A stretch of DNA of 54,690 nucleotides from an uncultured euryarchaeote (GTDB lineage Archaea > Thermoplasmatota > Poseidoniia > Poseidoniales > Poseidoniaceae): contig CALDPP010000186.1 in the NCBI GenBank assembly GCA_937911345.1, positions 1 to 54,690 on the forward strand. The letters are read 5' to 3'. Below, one piece after another: positions 52,990-54,690 of the stretch; the stretch's first letter is position 1; the number at the start of each line of letters is the position of its first letter. The notes under the pieces are model-generated. The model was not told where the DNA came from, did no database searches, and worked only from the letters and a program-made list of their open reading frames with translations. Both the position numbers and the translations under genes were made by a program.

Positions 52990-53307
52990 ATGGTAGACGC
53001 TAGTTGGGTAGAAGCAGAAGTCTTGAAGGCAGTTCCTAATGCAGTTGTGGAAGTGATTGATTTACACGGCTCAGGTGACCATTTTCACGTTCGAGTTATT
53101 TCGGAAGAATTCGAAGGTGTCAGACCATTACAACGCCAAAAACAAGTTCTTGCGGTAATGAAGCAACATATTCCGCACCCAGTTCACGCACTTGACCTAA
53201 AGTGCATGACTCCAAAGCAAGCTGAAACTGCAGGCGATACTGCATTTGACCCTCACGGTGGTGGACGAGGCGTCCACATCAAAAGAATCATGAAAAATAA
53301 GGAGTGA
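52990..53307 (+). CDS. bolA: BolA-family protein
   Basis: DLHGSGDHFHVRVISEEFEGVRPLQRQKQV and IHALDLKC are typical BolA blocks. The SD GAGGTG lies 5 nt upstream. Confidence 0.8.
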   Translation: MVDASWVEAEVLKAVPNAVVEVIDLHGSGDHFHVRVISEEFEGVRPLQRQKQVLAVMKQHIPHPVHALDLKCMTPKQAETAGDTAFDPHGGGRGVHIKRIMKNKE

Positions 53308-53312
53308 AAAAT

Positions 53313-53630
53313 ATGGATTGGACAGAAAAAGAATTGCAAGCAATAGTAGACGAACATGCCTTGGTATTGTTTATGAAAGGAACACCTAACAATGCACAGT
53401 GTGGATTTTCTAATCGTGCTGCACAAGCACTACAGCAACTGGGCGAGCCATTCGCGGCAGTCAATATTTTGACAGACCCAAGAGCGATACCATCTGTTTG
53501 CGCTTGGTCTGACTTCCCAACTATGCCACAAATATTCGTTCACGGTGAATTGATTGGTGGCTCTGATATTGCTCTTGAGATGCTACAAGATGGTAGTCTA
53601 AGAGAAATGTTTGATGCTGGTCGTCAATAA
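53313..53630 (+). CDS. grxD: Monothiol (CGFS-type, Grx4/GrxD) glutaredoxin
   Basis: VLFMKGTPNNAQCGFS active site, WSDFPTMPQIFVHGELIGGSDI. The ATG at 53313 follows GGAGTGA by 5 nt. The track start (GTG at 53304) is inside that SD and overlaps the bolA stop. Confidence 0.9.
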   Translation: MDWTEKELQAIVDEHALVLFMKGTPNNAQCGFSNRAAQALQQLGEPFAAVNILTDPRAIPSVCAWSDFPTMPQIFVHGELIGGSDIALEMLQDGSLREMFDAGRQ

Positions 53631-54690
53631 TCAAACCGGTTTACCAACTGCGTAAGTTTGCCAACCCGCTTTCTCGAGCGAATCTAGGTCAAGAACTCTT
53701 CTTCCATCGTAGATTAGTGGAGTTCTCATTTGAGTATGCAACTTATCCCAGTCGAGACTCAAACAGGCTTTGTGAGCGGTAACCAAAACGGCGATATCGT
53801 AACCCTTTGCGTCAGCAATGTCAGAAATCACCTCAACACCTTCCGGATATTCGCCAAAGTCAATGTGTGGGTCCCAAGTTCCAACTTTCACGCCTTTAGC
53901 AATCAAAGTCTCTGCTAATGGTTCAGCAGGGGTTTCCCTTGGGTCACCAACCTCTGCTTTGTAAGACCATCCAAGTAAGAGAACCTTGGCCTCACCAGCC
54001 GGAACTCCAGCATTCCACATCAAGTCACTTAGCACACCAGCAACGTGACTCGGCATTGAGCGGTTCACCGCTCTAGCTGCAGTAATTAGGCCGGCTGGAA
54101 CTCCAACATCAGCCGCTCTTTGAATCATGTAATAGGGATCGACTGGAATACAGTGACCGCCAACCCCGACACCCGGTGTGTAGCGATGGAAATTCCACTT
54201 TGTTGCTGCGGCAGATAATACATCTTCAACATCAACATCAAGAGCAGGGAAGATTCTTGCTAACTCATTGACTAATGCGATATTGATGTCTCTTTGGACA
54301 TTTTCGATTACTTTAGCAGCCTCGGCAACCTCTAATTTACCGACATAGCGCACATCTTCGGTAGTCAATTTGCTGTATAGTGCGACTAGACTTTCACCAA
54401 CTTTTGGATTTGTGCAACCAATGACTCGGGCAACTTGTCTAACGCCGTGAGCAGGGTCTCCAGGATTGAATCTTTCAGGACAGTAGGCAATTTCTACATC
54501 TTCACCGATTACCAATCCAAGCTCGTCAATTATTGGCAGCCAAGTTTGTGCGGTAACGCCCGGGTAAACGGTTGATTCCAGTACAACAATGGTGTTCGAA
54601 CCTTTTGGAATCGCTTTGAAAACGTCTCTGCCAGCTGCTTCAACATACGATAAATCAGGTTTCAAATCATGAGTGATTGGTGTCGGTACG
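53631..54690 (-). CDS. Nucleotide-sugar dehydrogenase (UDP-N-acetyl-D-mannosamine / UDP-GlcNAc dehydrogenase-like), 5' end outside the window
   Basis: GVGGHCIPVDPYY catalytic Cys block and LGWSYKAEVGDPRE. The reading frame stays open to the window edge (…VPTPITHDLKPDLSYV), so the N-terminal Rossmann part is cut off. Confidence 0.85.
   Translation of the reverse strand, partial: VPTPITHDLKPDLSYVEAAGRDVFKAIPKGSNTIVVLESTVYPGVTAQTWLPIIDELGLVIGEDVEIAYCPERFNPGDPAHGVRQVARVIGCTNPKVGESLVALYSKLTTEDVRYVGKLEVAEAAKVIENVQRDINIALVNELARIFPALDVDVEDVLSAAATKWNFHRYTPGVGVGGHCIPVDPYYMIQRAADVGVPAGLITAARAVNRSMPSHVAGVLSDLMWNAGVPAGEAKVLLLGWSYKAEVGDPRETPAEPLAETLIAKGVKVGTWDPHIDFGEYPEGVEVISDIADAKGYDIAVLVTAHKACLSLDWDKLHTQMRTPLIYDGRRVLDLDSLEKAGWQTYAVGKPV

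Overview
Densely packed archaeal chromosomal segment, roughly 40% G+C by eye (not computed). I call about 52 protein genes and 2 tRNAs. I found no rRNA, CRISPR array, transposase or integrase. Archaeal identity rests on TFB, topoisomerase VI A/B, RNA polymerase subunit P, an RFC-type clamp-loader subunit, and the archaea-specific CoA genes (phosphopantothenate synthetase, pantoate kinase). This backbone carries many bacterial-type genes: bacterial-type LeuRS, AcnB-like aconitase, Sct1/Gpt2-like acyltransferase, BolA plus CGFS glutaredoxin, and RNase HI. It also encodes very large Ca-binding or adhesin-like type-I surface proteins and several sugar-activation and glycosylation genes. That mix resembles uncultured marine planktonic Euryarchaeota (MG-II/III-like); this placement is inference only. 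Shine-Dalgarno motifs matching GGAGGTGAT precede several genes, and 4-nt ATGA/GTGA start-stop overlaps are common. The best novelty candidates are: (1) an 828-aa membrane-tethered protein with a large extracellular module array and two cytoplasmic winged-helix domains; (2) a topoisomerase VI operon extended by two Cys-rich membrane proteins and a wHTH/coiled-coil regulator; (3) a CDIN1 (C15orf41)-like PD-(D/E)xK nuclease homologue; (4) a sensor-less wHTH-NB-ARC STAND ATPase divergent from a WD40/thrombospondin-type-3-repeat giant protein; (5) a four-gene orphan cluster at 30.4-32.8 kb; (6) an SdhA/NadB-family flavoprotein lacking the canonical substrate His/Arg residues. All functional calls come from reading motifs in the supplied translations; no database search was run.
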